DNA of 63,530 nucleotides, counting the filler, from Octopus bimaculoides (taxonomy: Eukaryota): assembly GCF_001194135.2 (NCBI RefSeq). It is 6 parts of 5 records of this genome, joined end to end, with 100 filler letters (N's around TTAATTAATTAA, not from the genome) between each part and the next. Parts side by side here need not be neighbours in the genome. Positions count along the whole stretch, not along the records: positions 62,175 to 63,530 come from NW_026383932.1; 5 more parts are not named here. The stretch is one strand, 5' to 3'. Made by a program: the position numbers and the translations under genes. The notes beneath the pieces were generated by a model, which had not been told where the DNA came from, searched no databases, and saw only the letters and a program-made list of their open reading frames with translations. Positions within the stretch are counted from its first letter, which is position 1, and each line of letters begins with the position of its first letter. Of this stretch, positions 62,175-63,530 are shown one piece after another.

Positions 62175-62928
62175 GCCAGCTGAAGAAATGACCCTGGCCT
62201 TCTTTGGGGTAGGAGAAGATGTGTGCTTCCATTGCTTTGATTGTTCGTTGGTTTTAGGCTGGTAGTGATGGACCCAACTTTCGTCCATAGTAATGAAACG
62301 AGCAAGAAAATTCTCTTCATCGACTTCAAACAATTCCATATTGCTCATGGACAATGTGCACCTGGTGCGTTTCTGTTCAGGAGTCAAAAAGCGATGGACC
62401 CACTTTGCAGAAACCTTTGAGAACCCGAGTTATTTTGTCACAATGTTGTCTGCTCTTTCAATTGAGATGTCCAGTCTCTCAGCTATCTGACGACATGATA
62501 TTCGGCGATCTTGCATTATCATACCAAGAGCAAGGTCAAGGTTGTCATTGGTGGTTGCAGTTGGAGGACTCTCTGGTCTGGGATCATCTTCCACACTCTC
62601 CCTGCCACGCTTGAATTCATTTACCCAGCGTTTGACAGTTGCATATGAAAGAGCATTGTCTGTTAAGGTTCTCATCATATCTTCATGGATTTCTGATGGA
62701 GTCATGCCTTTCAAATGAAGGTACTTTATGACAGCTCGATACTCAGTTGTCTCCATTTTCCTTGTAACCTCGACACTTGTTTATTCAAAAGTCTACAAAA
62801 AGAATTAAAAAAATAAATAAATAAAAATATCAGAATCATGAAAATGAGCAAGAATACTCCGAAAAGACTGTACTTACCACAAAAAAATTGTTTCAGCTAT
62901 CTAGAAGCTCCGTTTCGTACAACCCTCG
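62175..62928 (-). mobile_element. Mariner (irritans/Himar1-like) 5' half; ATG at 62756, 5' TIR ending 62928 + TA; 3' half lost in the gap
   Basis: METTEYRAVIKYLHLKG..YATVKRWVNEFKRGRESVEDDPR; KVSARWV; FITMDESWVHHYQPKTNEQSKQW; terminal TA|cgagggttgtacgaaac. Confidence 0.92.
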
Positions 62929-62959
62929 TATATATGTTGCCAAAGTAACGAAGCTAAAG

Positions 62960-63530
62960 CCGCTTGACACAGATTGACCTTGAACCTGCTGTGCGTGTAC
63001 ACTGAGTTTTAACGTTCTAGCTCACATCTGCTGTTTACAGCAGTGCTTGGAAGTAACGTGTGTAGCGTGTTCGTTGCATTGACTATAATAGAAGTTGAGC
63101 AGAGAATCTGCATGAAATTTTGTCAAAAGCTTGGCGATACCTGCTCAGAGGCCTATGCAAAGTTTTCAAAAAGTTTTCATCGTTCTACACACATTCAAGG
63201 AGATCTTGAGCAACTGAAACCCGAATATCTTTTTGGTTTGCTGAAAGCAGTTTTGGCACAAACTTGGCAAACAAATCATACCCAAATCTTCAGTGCTAAT
63301 GGACTGAACTGAACGGTAACTAATCTGCACACCCTCTGATAACTCACGGATGGCAATTCGACGATTTCCCCTCACAGCTGCACGTACATCTGCGATGTTT
63401 TTCTCAGTTTCGTTGGTTGCAGCTCTCCCAGAACATTCGTCAATATCCACAGTTTTCGGTAATCTTGGAAACGTCTGTAACACTCGCACACTTGTGTGCG
63501 GCTCATACACTCCTCTCCATACACTTTCTG
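62960..63530. mobile_element. Mariner with an internal inversion: N-terminus on + (about 63090..63160), next segment on - (63530..63165)
   Basis: + strand EQRICMKFCQKLGDTCSEAYAK; - strand QKVYGEECMSRTQV..DECSGR..ADVRAAVRGNRRIAIRELSE..SVQSI.TEDLGM..KFVPKLLSADQK..VENDENFLKT. Confidence 0.85.

Overview
Repeat-saturated, AT-rich eukaryotic DNA from a gapped draft assembly. It is most likely an octopus (coleoid cephalopod), inferred from my recollection of the SINE families and from the extreme di/tri/tetranucleotide microsatellite load; this was not checked by a database search. I find no convincing intact host protein-coding exon. Most long ORFs in the track are microsatellite or N-gap artefacts, or decayed transposon fragments. 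Content: (i) more than 30 copies or fragments of tRNA-derived SINEs, informally families A and B, a tRNA-Arg-like SINE and an old unclassified repeat C; (ii) decayed non-LTR elements: one CR1-like, two RTE-like with C-terminal C2H2 fingers, four R4/Dong-like fragments mostly abutting (AAT)n or related microsatellite, and a gag-knuckle fragment; (iii) decayed DNA transposons: four mariners, one Tc1, one maT/DD37D and two MITEs; (iv) four minimal type-I hammerhead-ribozyme motifs in Penelope-like repeats. The most interesting object is at 36.8-37.1 kb. It is a short element with a tRNA-derived Pol III head fused through (AAT)n to a hammerhead-bearing Penelope-type tail, capped by a fold-back hairpin and an inverted copy of its own tail. 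It is a candidate Penelope-mobilised, self-cleaving SINE. A four-CCAAT promoter-like cluster lies at about 60.9-61.1 kb. The five TTAATTAATTAA islands inside 100-bp gaps are assembly linkers. Boundaries of degenerate repeats are approximate and were read by eye.
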